64,000 nucleotides of DNA. Origin: Macrostomum lignano. Taxonomy: Eukaryota. The stretch is from the NCBI GenBank assembly GCA_002269645.1, contig NIVC01001249.1, forward strand, positions 124,001 to 188,000, given 5' to 3'. The notes beneath the pieces were generated by a model that saw only the letters and a list, made by a program, of their open reading frames with translations, did not search any database and was not told the origin of the DNA. Of the stretch, positions 1 to 12,057 are shown piece after piece (the first letter of the stretch is position 1; every line of letters starts with the position of its first letter). Position numbers and translations under genes: made by a program.

Positions 1-47
1 ACTTGTTTAATAAGTAGCTAAAAAGTCAAATTACTAAGAGTATTCAC

Positions 48-3000
48 CTAGCCGTGACGACCAGAGCTTCAACGGCTTGGTCTGGAATCGTTGATAGACT
101 TGGCATATTTAGTAGACCGGAACCGCTGCTTTCCAGGGCAACTGTAGATGCGTTCAACTCGCACTGAACAGAACTGTCTGTGACTTCGGGATTCATAGGA
201 TCAGCCTTTGACTGACCGCTGCCGGCATCATCCAGCGGCATATGCGTCGGCGGTTTTGATGCTCTCGACTGTGCGTTAACTCCATAGTCTATTGAAATTC
301 TGTAGCTGAAAAAATATTCAGCGTAAAAATAGGTAAATAGTTGGTTTGCGATTGTCATCTACTTATAGTAGACATATTGAACATTCTTTTAACAATCGTA
401 CGAATCATGTAATAATAAATTACATCGAACTTCATTTTTTGTATCTTTGCTCACCATAGGCCACCAACTCCAGCAATTGCTCCATCAGCGAGCGCACAAG
501 CGTAATCATACATTGTCATGAGCTGCCCATCATCCCTATTGGTCATATTGGTCTGGGACTTGTCCGGGACGTACAGTTTGTGATCAGCGATGGACACGAG
601 TAGGTCGGCGTAGTTTGGCAAAGGACTTAGATAAGGAAAAGGAAGAAAGAAGAAAAATTACAAGTAAATGAATTTTTACGCTATTCACGTTTTATTCTTT
701 TTTGGCTTTGGTTGATGGCTGTGCAAACAAACAGCTTTGTTAAGTTTTTTACGCAACATATCGGCGTCATTAAATATGAATAAAACATCAAGTTCGGCGT
801 ATTTTTCACAGAGGGGAACGAAATACGTTTGGAAAAAAATTAAATTAAAAAAGCTTGCGTTGCTTTTGTGCGCAAAAAGGAGCTGTAACAGCCAGGTCCC
901 ACCGAGATTCGAACTCGGGTCGCTGGATTCAAAGTCCAGAGTGCTAACCACTACACCATGGGACCTTAAACGAGCCGAAAAGACTGGAATCTATTTAAAC
1001 CCATGACGGTAGAGCAAATGAATGAGTCCCTTATAATAGTAAGGTCGCTATTCATTTACTGCTCTTCTAGCTCGTATTTCTACCTATTATTCTAACAATA
1101 TAATCTTCTTCGACCTTCAACGAGTTCAGGATAGGGGTTAACTAAACATAAATAGATATGAATTATTCTTTTATAATTTTCTGCTTTTTTAGTTTGTTTA
1201 GAATACGTAAACGTACGTTGTGTTCAAGCTACTAAAACCGTAGCTTAACGTATGAAATATGAAGAATCATTAACTAAAATATGCTATAATAGGCCCGTCT
1301 CGATGATTCATTGGTTCTTGATTACCTGAAGCAGACGTAATTAGGTCTTCACCAATAAATGATAAAAAACTACACTACTTCTCATCTATTGTAAGTAGAC
1401 ACTGAGGACATGACTGCTCAAAAAATATGTGGACATATTTTTCCTAATTAATATACTACAATATAAAAAATTACCCCTCATATGGGTCCAAACGCTTGGC
1501 GATCAAACCGGGATCGCCATTTTGATGACGCGTATCCATGGCAACTGAGGCGAATAGCGTCGACAAGGTTGGACAACAGATTTGCTGCAGATGCGGCTTG
1601 AAGTCTAAACAGGACTGAAATGTTTGTTTATTAGATAAGCTAAATAGGAAGTCCTTTGACATCACTTTCATATTGCAAATGGGTGACTTACATTGATGAA
1701 GAACTCGGCATCAAGCAGTTGGCGATTTTCAATTTCAGAGCACAGAGAAGCAATTAAAGTGTCAAGTTCGTCACTTGGAGCCTGCGACTGGGCAGAGTGG
1801 GAGAAAGCATGCGGTGTAATGTGGGTTGATAGCAGGTGAGGGTATATCTAACAGGTTAGTAACAGATTGGCGCCCATCTAACAGCTAAGTTACAGATTGG
1901 CGCATATCTAACAGCTAAGTAACAGGTTGGCGCATATCTAACAGGTAAGTAGCAGGTTGGCGCCTATCTAACAGGTAAGTAGCAGGTTGGCGCCTATCTA
2001 ACAGGTAAGTAACAGGTTGGCGCCTATCTAACAGGTAAGTAACAGATTGGCACCTATCTAACAAGTACGTTACAGATTGGTGCCTGTCTAACAGGTAAGT
2101 AACATATTGGCGCCTATCTAACAGGGTAGTAACAGATTGGCGCCTATCTAACAGGTAAGTAACAGGTTGGCGCATATCTAACAGGTAAGTAACAGATCGG
2201 CGCCTATCTAACAAGTAAGTAACAGATCGGCGCCTATCTAACAAGTACGTTACAGATTGGTGCCTGTCTAACAGGTAAGTAACAGATTGGCGCCTATCTA
2301 ACAGGTAAGTAACAGATCGGCGCCTATCTAACAGGTTAGTAACAGATTGGCGCCCATCTAACAGGTAAGTAACAGGTTGGCGCATATCTAACAGGTAAGT
2401 AACAGATCGGCGCCTATCTAACAGGTTAGTAACAGATTGGCGCCCATCTAACAGCTAAGTTACAGATTGGCGCATATCTAACAGGTAAGTAGCAGGTTGG
2501 CGCCTATCTAACAGGTAAGTAGCAGGTTGGCGCCTATCTAACAAGTATGTAACATATTGGCGCCTATCTTACAGGATATAACAGATTGGCGCCTATCTAA
2601 CAGCTAAGTTACAGATTGGCGCCTATCTAACAGGTTAGTAACAGATCGGCGCCTATCTAACAGCGGGGCTGCTCACCGCGGAAACGGCCTTCACAGCAGA
2701 CAGCGTCACGCCCAGCGAGAACAGCAGCACCAGCTCCAGGCTACGGCCGGCTGCTGACTCGCCCGAAAGCGCGGCATTCAACAGGCGGCGAAGCTCGGCC
2801 AGCGAAGGCACCTCCGGCGGCAGGTAGTCCTCCAGCTCAGGGTCGTCCGCCGAGCCGGACAGCCAGGCTCGCTCGGACAGACTGGCCGATGGCCGGTTGG
2901 AGAACTGCACCAGGCCTGAGCTGGTCAGCTCGCAGCTGTCAGGGGTGATCAGCTGGCAGCGGGGGCCTCTGGGGCTGGCTGGAGCGGTTAAGTTGGATTC

Positions 3001-5218
3001 TTGATTGGGCTGAGGGACTCGCCAGTTGGGTTGACTGGGAGCTGAGGGACTCGCCAGTTGGGGTGGCTGGCTTGAGGCTGAGGGACTCGCCAGTTGGGGT
3101 GGCTGGCTTGAGGCTGAGGGACTCGCCAGTTGGGGTGGCTGGCTTGAGGCTGTGGGACTCGCCAGTTGGGTTGACTGGGAGCTGGGGGACTCGCCAGCAG
3201 TGTTGGGCAAGTTACTCAAAAAAAGTAACTTGCGTTACTGTAACTTAAGTTACCAATTTTTAAAAAGTAACTTACGTTAGCCTAGTAACTTTAGACAAAA
3301 ACCCCGGTAACTTTTAAGTTACTGTCCGTTACTCACTTCCGTTACCCATGTTATTAACAAAATTTTCTGCTTTTTTCACATTGCACATTTTTTTCACACT
3401 GTTTTTACCGAAATTTGCCATTGGGCATTGGGATTAACCGATTAACAGACAGAGACAGCAATTGGCGACACGATGTGAGGCAAGTAGAAGGACCGATGGG
3501 CAATGGCAATCAATAATTAAAATTATAAATGATAAAATAAACGAATATCAATAATTCAATAAAGTAAAATAAATAACTGTATAAAATGGTGTAGTGTACT
3601 GCAGTGCCAGCGGAGGGACTTGTGGAGGCTACAGATGAATTTCTTTCTTTGGTTGTTTGTTTGAATCAAACTTGAAAATTTTTAGTAACTTGAAAATGGA
3701 AACGTATGAAACATTCGCCGACACCCACTCAGACACTTCTACAGACACTTCAGTTTCTGTCATACGAATCGTAGGAACAAGCATTAAATTTGTTTATTCC
3801 TTACAAACTACCAGTAAACTGCTTTATTTTAAGCTTTTTTTGCTTTATTTTATTAAATCTGAATCATGAAATTTGTTATTCTGCATAGATTCTCTTCACG
3901 TGAAGAAGAATGTTAAATTTGTCCAGGACACTTCCTAATTCATATTTAATAAAATAAAGCAAAAAAAGCCCAAAATAAAGCAGTTTACTGGTAGTTTGTA
4001 AGGAATAAACAAATTTAATGCTTGTTCCTACGATTCGTACGACAGAAACTAAAGTGTCTGTAGAAGCGTCTGAACAAGTGTCGGCGAATGTTTCATACGT
4101 AAATGAAAGGCAAAAATATTTTACTGAAATTATAACAAAGCAAAACATGTTTCAAGTATTTCTTCATTAATTAAAGCGCAATACCAAATGATACTATTCA
4201 CTTAATTTTGAATTTAGGAATGAAAAATGCAAAAACATGTGACAACCGGCGTAATAGCTAAGCATTTCAGTTTTAAATTTAAATATTGCGATTGTTGCAA
4301 AGTAACTGTAACGGACTTCTGAAATTTGAGTAACTTACCGTTACTCCGTTACTAAAATAAAAAAGTAACTTGCGTAAGGAACGCTTTACGAAAAAGTAAC
4401 TTGCGTTACCATTTGCAAGTTACTCGGTAACGGAAGTGCCCAACACTGCTCGCCAGTCGGGTTGACTGGGAGCTGAGGGACTCGCCAGTTGGGTTGACTG
4501 GGAGCTGAGGGACTCCCCAGTTGGGTTGACTGGGAGCTGAGGGACTCGCCAGTTGGGTTGACTGTGAGCTGAGGGACTCGCCAGTTGGGTTGACTGTGAG
4601 CTGAGGGACTCGCCAGTTGGGTTGACTGGGAGCTGAGGGACTCGCCAGTTGGGTTGACTGAGCTCAGGGACTCGCCAGTTGGGTTGACTGGGAGCTGAGG
4701 GACTCGCCAGTTGGGTTGACTGGGAGCTGAGGGACTCGCCAGTTGGGTTGACTGGGAGCTGGGGGACTCGCCAGTTGGGTTGACTGGGAGCTGAGGGACT
4801 CGCCAGTTGGGGTGGCTGGCTTGAGGCTGAGGGACTCGCCAGTTGGGGTGGCTGGCTTGAGGCTGAAGGACTCGCCAGTTGGGGTGGCTGGCTTGAGGCT
4901 GAGGGACTCGCCAGTTGGGGTGGCTGGCTTGAGGCTGAGGGACTCGCCAGTTGGGGTGGCTGGCTTGAGGCTGAAGGACTCGCCAGTTGGGTTGACTGGG
5001 AGCTGGGGGACTCGCCAGTTGGGAGGCTGAGGGGCTCGATGCGCTACAAATATCACAGCACAGCAGTCACATATGCACACAAAAGCCTTACATTTAATGA
5101 CCCGTTGCAGAGCGCAGCTGGAGCCATAGAGCAGGCACCAGAGCTCGTCCTCAGTGACGTCATTGGCCTTGTACTTTAGCAAGTCGTTCAGACTGATCGA
5201 CTGGGCAGATGACGTCAT
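48..5218 (-). CDS. KIND-domain protein (PTPN13/FRMPD2/Spire/KNDC1-type N-terminus), partial; continues beyond the left edge
   Basis: Exons 5092-5218 (exon likely starts at 5263), 2677-2978, 1692-1787, 1475-1614, 455-625 and 48-305, all GT-AG with matching phases. Translation shows KIND hallmarks: ISLNDLLKYKANDVTEDELWCLL, LITPDSCELTSSGLVQF, YLPPE, LFSLGVTL, SDELDTLIASLC. Confidence 0.8.
874..878 (-). terminator. Pol III terminator (T5) of tRNA-Gln
   Basis: TTTTT on the minus strand 15 nt downstream of the tRNA 3' end. Confidence 0.75.
894..965 (-). tRNA. tRNA-Gln(TTG), intronic
   Basis: Reverse complement GGTCCCATGGTGTAGTGGTTAGCACTCTGGACTTTGAATCCAGCGACCCGAGTTCGAATCTCGGTGGGACCT (72 nt): acceptor stem, D arm, anticodon TTG and GTTCGAATC T-loop all present. 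Confidence 0.97.
1848..2663. repeat. 30-bp intronic minisatellite
   Basis: About 27 copies of CAGATTGGCGCCTATCTAACAGGTAAGTAA. Confidence 0.95.
3007..5032. repeat. 32/36-bp intronic minisatellite split by a hAT insertion
   Basis: Units AGTTGGGTTGACTGGGAGCTGAGGGACTCGCC and AGTTGGGGTGGCTGGCTTGAGGCTGAGGGACTCGCC at 3007-3197 and 4449-5032. Confidence 0.93.
3198..4448. mobile_element. Non-autonomous hAT-superfamily DNA transposon (MITE-like, 1251 bp)
   Basis: TIRs CAGTGTTGGGCA...TGCCCAACACTG; 8-bp TSD CTCGCCAG (3190-3197 and 4449-4456); clustered subterminal GTAAC/GTTAC motifs; no transposase ORF. Confidence 0.9.
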
Positions 5219-5307
5219 GCTGCCGAATGTTTTATAGCGCGTCCCTCCGCAGGTTTTACGCAGCTGGAGTGTAATTGGGACAAATAGGGACAGATGAAGG
5301 CATGTGC

Positions 5308-5449
5308 CATAGATCCTGACCCCCCCTAGACATGCTGCAACTCCCTATAGAGACTCTGACCGCCCCCTAGACATACTGAAACTCCCTATAGAGATTCTGA
5401 CTGCCCCCTAGACATGCTGCAACTTCCTATAGAGACTCTGACCGCCCTT
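5308..5449. repeat. Short ~41-bp tandem repeat
   Basis: About 3.5 copies of ATAGAGACTCTGACCGCCCCCTAGACATGCTGCAACTCCCT. Confidence 0.8.
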
Positions 5450-6256
5450 AAAAACCCATACGGACTTTAAATACAAATGATCATTTATTTAAATATTTAA
5501 ATATTTAAAAGGAAATAACACGGAGAATTTGTTAATTCATTACTCATACAGATGTCAGATTTTAAATGTTGAGATGTTGCAGTAAATTTTGGTAAAACAG
5601 CCTATTATTGTCATTACTAAAATTAATGTAGTCTATTGCATTGTCTGTAACCAAATAAACAGAGTAAACAACTTCAGCCAATTAGTAAAAGAGATAAAGA
5701 GGAGGAGATAAACATTTTGGCACACTATTGGAATAATATCGAAGTTGCTAAAATGAGTAAAACTGGCATTTTCAGACAATCGACTACTTGTACTTCTACT
5801 ACAAGTAGGCAGATTAGCAAAAGAACTACAGCTCCGGCTTGACGCTATCAAATTTCAGGTCCAATTTCTGCGCGCCGGACGCCACAACTGGATCGATTGG
5901 CGCCACAAAGTCGAGCGCCAATTGCTCGGCGGTGCACACCGCGGCCACCTCGGCGCAGAGCCACGCCTCCAGCTGTCGCGGCCGCTGCACAGCCTGGCGG
6001 GCGACGGCCTCCTAGCGATCGTCCAGCAGCTCCTCGCACCGCATGCGCAGCCAGTTGCCGAGGCCGGGATCGGCGTCGATCTGCTCCATGTCCACCGGCT
6101 TGCCATCGTCCCTGGTCATTGTGACGAGGCCCCACCTGCGAGGGGAGGTACACGCGGGTGCTTAATTTGAAAATGTAACATTTCGAATATTCAGTAACAT
6201 TTCATAATTGCCCTTGGATGTACACGTATAATCAATCTATTAGCTCATTTCATTCA

Positions 6257-6753
6257 CTCCTTCCCCCTTTAGGTGTATATTGTCCCTTATCTATCTGTTC
6301 CATTGATTCCTTCCCCTTTAGGTGTACATCTGTCCCTTATCCATCTGTTCCATTGATTCCTTCCCCCTTTAGGTGTACAATGTCCCTTATCTATCTGTTC
6401 CATTGATTCCTTCCCCCTTTAGATGTAAATTGTCCCTTATCTATCTGTTCCATTTATTCCTTCACCCTTTAGGCGTACATCTGTCCCTTATCTATCTGCT
6501 CCATTGGTTCCTTCCCCTTTAGGTGTACATTGTCCCTTATCTATCTGTTCCATTCATTCCTTCCCCCTTTAGGCGTACATCTGTCCCTTATCTATCTGCT
6601 CCATCGGTTCCTTCCCCTTTAGGTGTACATTGTCCCTTATCTATCTGTTCCATTCATTCCTTCCCCCTTTAGGCGTACATCTGTCCCTTATCTATCTGCT
6701 CCATTGGTTCCTTCCCCTTTAGGTGTACATTGTCCCTTATCTATCTGTTCCAT
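6257..6753. repeat. 49-50-bp intronic minisatellite
   Basis: About 10 copies of CCTTCCCCTTTAGGTGTACATTGTCCCTTATCTATCTGTTCCATTGATT. Confidence 0.92.
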
Positions 6754-6945
6754 TTATTTCTACGCCAATAATGCACATGGTCCTCATATAAAGATCTGCT
6801 AAGGATCGAGTTTTTTCGATACAACCCTCATAACTTTCCTAATATGGAGTACACGGACCTCGTTCGCTCTTTTCACCGTCTTAGAAATATACATGTACGC
6901 TCGAACGCTGACCCTTACCGGTATAACTGTTCTACTATAGGCCTC

Positions 6946-8925
6946 GGATCATGTTCATGATCCGAAACCGCACTGTTGTGGCCCACCTGAGCGGCAGCTC
7001 TCTTTCGGTGCCTGTCCTGAAAGGGGGCCCCCAGGGCGGCGTTCTCACCCCCGTTCTCTGGAACATGGTCATGGATGAGTTGCTTTGCAGTGATCTCCAC
7101 GACCCCATTCTCAAGGTGGGCTATGCCGATGATGTGACCGCGATATGCGCGGGCCCCTCGGTTGATACCATCAGAGACCTTCTGCAGGGCTTTCTGGGAC
7201 GAGCGGAGCGTTGGGCAGACCAATGTGGCCTTAGACTCTCAGAGTCGAAAACCACAGCAGTCATGTTTACCAACAAACTGCTCTGGACCATTAAGCCCCT
7301 CACCCTCTATGGAAAGAATATTTCCATGGAGAAGCAGGTCCGCTGCCTGGGCCTCACTCTGGACCACAGGCTTAACTGGACTCCGCACATTCAAACTAAA
7401 GCCAAAAAAGCCCTGGCTGTACTGGCTCAGATCAGGCGCGCCGTGGGCACCACCTGGGGGCTCACCCCCAGGAAGCTGTGGTGGATTTACACTGCCATCA
7501 TCCGCCCCTCGATCAGTTACGCCAGCCTCGTGTGGGCTAGCGGCCTGAGCGTCAAGAGCAACCTCGACGCTCTCTACAAAATCCAGGGCAGAGCCTGCCG
7601 CATGACTATGGGCGCTCCACCCTCTACTCCTTTTGAAGGCATGAATGCCTTCCTCTGCGCCCCTCCTTTGGATATTTATATCAAAGGAGAGGCGGCGAAG
7701 AGCACCCGGCGTCTTCTGGATGCTGGGGTGGCCTTCAAGAAAGTGCGGGCCTTTAAGAAGCGGTCGCTTATCCCGCACTCTGACCTCTGCCTCAAGGCTC
7801 TCGAGGAGTGTGGCGGGCTCAACATCCTCACGGACTCGATCCCAGCCACCCTTCTCCTGAGCCAAAGGTATAAGGTCACCATTCAGCCTCGACACGAGGC
7901 GAGTGACAGCTGGAGCGACTCTGAAGTCCACTGTTACACTGACGGCTCTATGAGGCATGGTCTTTCAGGCTTCGGAGCTTGCGTCTTCTTCAAGGGAGAA
8001 GTGGTGTGGAGCTACTCCCAGCACACTGGGCTCAACTCCAGTGTTTTTCAGAGCGAGGTGCTTGCCATCAGCTCCTGCGCGGCAGAGCTGCGCCGAAGGC
8101 AGCTTAGCGGCCGGAAATTTATTTTTCACTCTGACAGCCAAGCAGCCCTTCGGGCCCTCTGCCGCAGCACCGCCAGCTCCAGGTCCGTCCTGGACTGCAA
8201 CACCCAGCTCAACGGGCTTGCGCTAGGCAACCAGGTGGAGATCAGATGGATCCCGGGCCACGCCGGCTTCCTCGGCAACGAGCGCGCTGACCTGCTGGCC
8301 AAGGCTGGCTCCGCCGGCGCGCTATTGGGGCCGGGCCCGGGTGCCCCCATCCCCGCCTCGGTGATCAATTCCCGCGTTAAGCGCTGGGCTGACTCCGAGC
8401 ATCTCCGCAGGTGGCACGACACCCGGAATTGTAGGCAATCCCGTGCTGCCGTCCCCTGTCCCTCTCCTCTCCTGCGTAGAGCCCTCCTCAGGCTCAACCG
8501 CAGAGACCTCAGAGCAGTTAGCATGGCTGCTTCTCTCGCCACCGCTTCCTTCAGGGCCAAGTACCCGAGGAGCGGTGCCCCTTCTGCCGCTCAGGCAGTG
8601 AAAACGCCGAGCATTTTATCTGCCACTGCCCGGTTTTCACCAGGGCTAGGCTTACTCACCTCGGGCCAAACCCGGTTCTCTCCGACGTTTGCAGGCCCGA
8701 GAGCATCCCACTGCTCGCCCGGTACCTCAGGGACACCGGACGAGCTGATTTCTTCCCCACCGTCGGTGAGGAGGACCGCGCTGCAGGCGAGACCGACGGG
8801 TCCCCCTGAGCGACACCACTTCAACGGAAGTCGTTGGTCGCCAGGGGCTAGCGGAATGGGCGGTCTCCTCCGCCTCCTCGCTGCATCCGCCGGACGCCCC
8901 CTGCAGCTAAGTCAAGTAAGTCAAG
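6946..8925 (+). mobile_element. 5'-truncated LOA/Lian-type non-LTR retrotransposon (RT C-half, RNase H, zinc knuckle), antisense in the CNPY-like intron
   Basis: [28 protein letters not shown], RNase H (YTDGS, SEVLAI, SDSQ, WIPGHAGFLGNERAD). CPFC...H...C lies in a shifted frame after a small deletion near 8528. Tail TAAGTCAAGTAAGTCAAG; 12-bp TSD ACTATAGGCCTC (6934-6945 and 8926-8937). Confidence 0.92.
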
Positions 8926-9411
8926 ACTATAGGCCTCAGCGTACAGTATACTGTACAGCTCAGAATACCTGTCCTGTTTTTCCTGATGCTGCATCCGGCC
9001 GTAGATCGGCAGATGTCGGCACACTCGCTCCACAGCGTCGCTCAACCGAGCAAATTTCGCCTTGTCGTCCTCCGCCTTCGGTGGCGACTTGGCCGTCTCG
9101 ATCGCCGTCAGAATGGCGCGAGAGACGGCGCGGCAGGCGGAGCAGTTCAAGTCTGCAGACTTGCTTGAGTCACCGCTCGCCTGAGCTGCTGGCAGAAGCA
9201 GCGGCAGCAGCAGCACTTGCATCAGGTACATTTAGGCACGTTCTAACAAGGTTTGAGCCAGGCGCTTTGTAGATGTAGATTGAAATTAATCGCATTGAAT
9301 TCTTATTCTAAACATTTGATGGAATTTGCAGTGTACTGAGACATCATTTGAACACTCAGGATTCAGGTACTGTACACTGTGTGTATGTACATTTTCAAGT
9401 TATGTCTGTTC

Positions 9412-10125
9412 CACCCCTACTCCCTCTGATCCTCCGCTGTTCCGCCCCTACTCCCTCCGATCCCCTGCTGTTCCGCCCCTACTCCCTCTGATCCTCCGCT
9501 GTTCCGCCCCCTACTCCCTCCGATACCCTGCTGTTCCGCCCCTACTCCCTCTGATCCTCCGCTTCTCCACCACCTACTCCCTCCGCTTCTCCACCCCTGG
9601 TCCCTCCGCTTCTCCGCCCCTACTCCCTCCGCTACTCCCTCCACTTCTCCGCCCCCTCCGATCCTCTGCTGTTCCGCCCCCTACTCCCTCCGCTTCTCCG
9701 CCCCCTACTTCCTCTGCTTCTCCGCCCCTACTCTCTTCGCTTCTACGCCCCCTACTTCCTCTGCTTCTCCGCCCCTACTCTCTTCGCTTCTACGCCCCCT
9801 ACTTCCTCTGCTTCTCCGCCCCCTACTCTCTTCGCTTCTACGCCCCTACTCCCTCCGCTTCTCCGCCCCCTCCGATCCTCTGCTGTTCCGCCCCCCCCCC
9901 CTCCTTCGATCCTCGGCTGTTCCGCCCCCTACTCCCTCCGCTTCTCCGCCCCTACTCCCTCCGCTTCTCCGCCCCCTCCGATCCTCTGCTGTTCCGCCCC
10001 CTAATCCCTCCGATCCTCTGCTGTTCCGCTCACTACTCCCCCGATTTTCTGCTGTTCCGCTCACTACTCCCCCGATTCTCTACTGTTCCGCCCACTAATC
10101 TTTCCAGTTCCCTGCTGTTCCGCCC
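9412..10125. repeat. C-rich degenerate minisatellite (~32 bp)
   Basis: CCCTACTCCCTCCGATCCTCTGCTGTTCCGCC-like units; source of the spurious Pro-rich ORF 9326-10192. Confidence 0.88.
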
Positions 10126-11185
10126 CCGTTTTTTCAATCGAATCAGAGTTTTCGCAGGTGTTAACTCACCGAATCACAGAACTAACAGATAGATAAAATA
10201 TCGAACGCGGGTGAGAATTATGTTATGCATTAAATCCAACGCTGAACAATCGACCCGTGTTATAAATATATGTACACGCATGTAAGAAACGCAATAAATA
10301 CGAATTAAAAGCCACGCAAATTATGTGCTAAATCATTTTATTAATTTTTTTATAGTTTCACACGAGTCTGTTACTATAATGTGGTTAGCAATTTTGATTT
10401 GATTAATGGTAATATTACTAACTACAATAGTTAAGTCATGTCAGTGTTATATGAACTTACATTTTTTGTAACCAACGAGAGATTTGACGACTTTTTCTCG
10501 GGCTTCAATTTGAAAGAAGCAAATGAAATGGCGTTTAACAGCTGTAGGATATGCCGTCTGCTAATAATATGCCTCGAGCATTCCATTTATGTCTTTCGCG
10601 TGGGGGCGGGGGTTGGTAGAAAGTTCTAGAAGATTATTGACCACCTAATCAGATCGATAAGGGACAGAATTCTGGGATAGACGAGCACAAACTGATTTTT
10701 TTAGTAGAAAATGCTAAGCATACTCAATTTAACTGCTCAATTTAAAGTGAGAAGTAAAGGAATACAAATATTGCGTCTGCAATTTACAGGATCTGCTGAG
10801 AAGTCATAAACTGCATAATATTATATTTATTGAACTTATTAGCAACTTTATACACGAATTTAAAATTATTTAACAGTAATAACTATAACAAAACCAGAAG
10901 GCACAGAAAAAGAAATTAGCTTCTACTGTCCGCAGTTATTTCATAGGGGATAAATTGTAGAAAAAGAACAGTTTTTATTTAGTATCGATTGATTTACCTT
11001 AAGATCAGATGCAGTCAAAGAAGGTCAAATAATTGAGAGCCAAGTCAGAACAGCAATTATCATTCAAAGGAATGGCAATGAAAATTGCATCAGTAATTAT
11101 TCTACACTTGTTAATTTGAATTCTGTAAGCAGACTGGAGACCTGTGCAAGTAGGAAGTAATTTTTAATGGTAAAAATGACTCGAT

Positions 11186-12035
11186 GAGGTCAAGTGACCC
11201 CCGCAATCAGCTACCGAGGTTAAGTGACCCCCACAAATCAGCTACCGGGGTCAAGTCACCCCTACAAGTCAGCTACTGAGGTCAACTGACCCCCCCCGCA
11301 ATCAGCTACCGAGGTCAAATGACCCCCACAAATCAGCTACCGAGGTCAAGTGACCCCCACAAATCAGCTACCGAGGTCAAGTGACCCCCCCACAAATCAG
11401 CCGGTCAAGTGACCACAAATCAGCTACCAAGGTCAAGTGACTCTCACAAATCAGCTACCGAGGTCAAATGACCCCCACAAATCAGCAACCGGAGTCAAGT
11501 GACCCTCACAAATCAGCTACTGAGGTCAAGAGACCTCAAATCAGCTACTGAGGTCAAGTGACCCCCACAAATCAGCTACCGAGGTCAAGAGACCTCAAAT
11601 CAGCTACCGAGGTCAAGAGACCTCAAATCAGCTACCGAAGTCAAGAGACCTCAAATCAGCTACTGAGGTCAAGTGACCCCCACAAATCAGCTACCGAGGT
11701 CAAGAGACCTCAAATCAGTTACTGAGGTCAAGTGACCCCCACAAATCAGCTACCGAGGTCAAGAGACCTCAAATCAGCTACTGAGGTCAAGTGACCCCCA
11801 CAAATCAGCTACCGAGGTCAAGAGACCTCAAATCAGCTACTGAGGTCAAGTGACCCCCACAAATCAGCTACCGAGGTCAAGAGACCTCAAATCAGCTACT
11901 GAGGTCAAGTGACCCCCACAAATCAGCTACCGAAGTCAAGAGACCTCAAATCAGCTACTGAGGTCAAGTGACCCCCACAAATCAGCTACCGAGGTCAAGT
12001 GACCCCCCACAAATCAGCTACTAAGGTCGTGACCC
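11186..12035. repeat. 26-31-bp minisatellite
   Basis: CAAATCAGCTACCGAGGTCAAGTGACCCCCA and CAAATCAGCTACCGAGGTCAAGAGACCT units, alternating in the 3' half. Confidence 0.93.
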
Positions 12036-12057
12036 TCCCGCCAGTTCAAACAAACGC

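Larger units (their letters stand above)
5826..9231 (-). pseudogene. Canopy (CNPY)/MZB1-like saposin-fold ER protein with an in-frame TAG (pseudogene, null allele or base error)
   Basis: Exons 8969-9231 and 5826-6135 join in phase 2. Signal peptide, CSACRAV, ERVC, LRMRCEELL, WLCAEVAAVC (six Cys) and C-terminal KPEL. TAG at 6012-6014 is codon 129 of 190. Confidence 0.72.

Noticed and set aside
8528-9272. C-terminal ~250 aa of the 773-aa ORF
   Set aside because: Out-of-frame read-through after a deletion, crossing the element tail, the TSD and the antisense strand of CNPY-like exon 1.
9326-10192. 288-aa Pro/Leu-rich ORF
   Set aside because: Frame of a C-rich minisatellite with no domain signal.
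10997-11142. AG...GT-bounded minus-strand segment as a coding exon
   Set aside because: All three frames contain stops; at most a non-coding exon.
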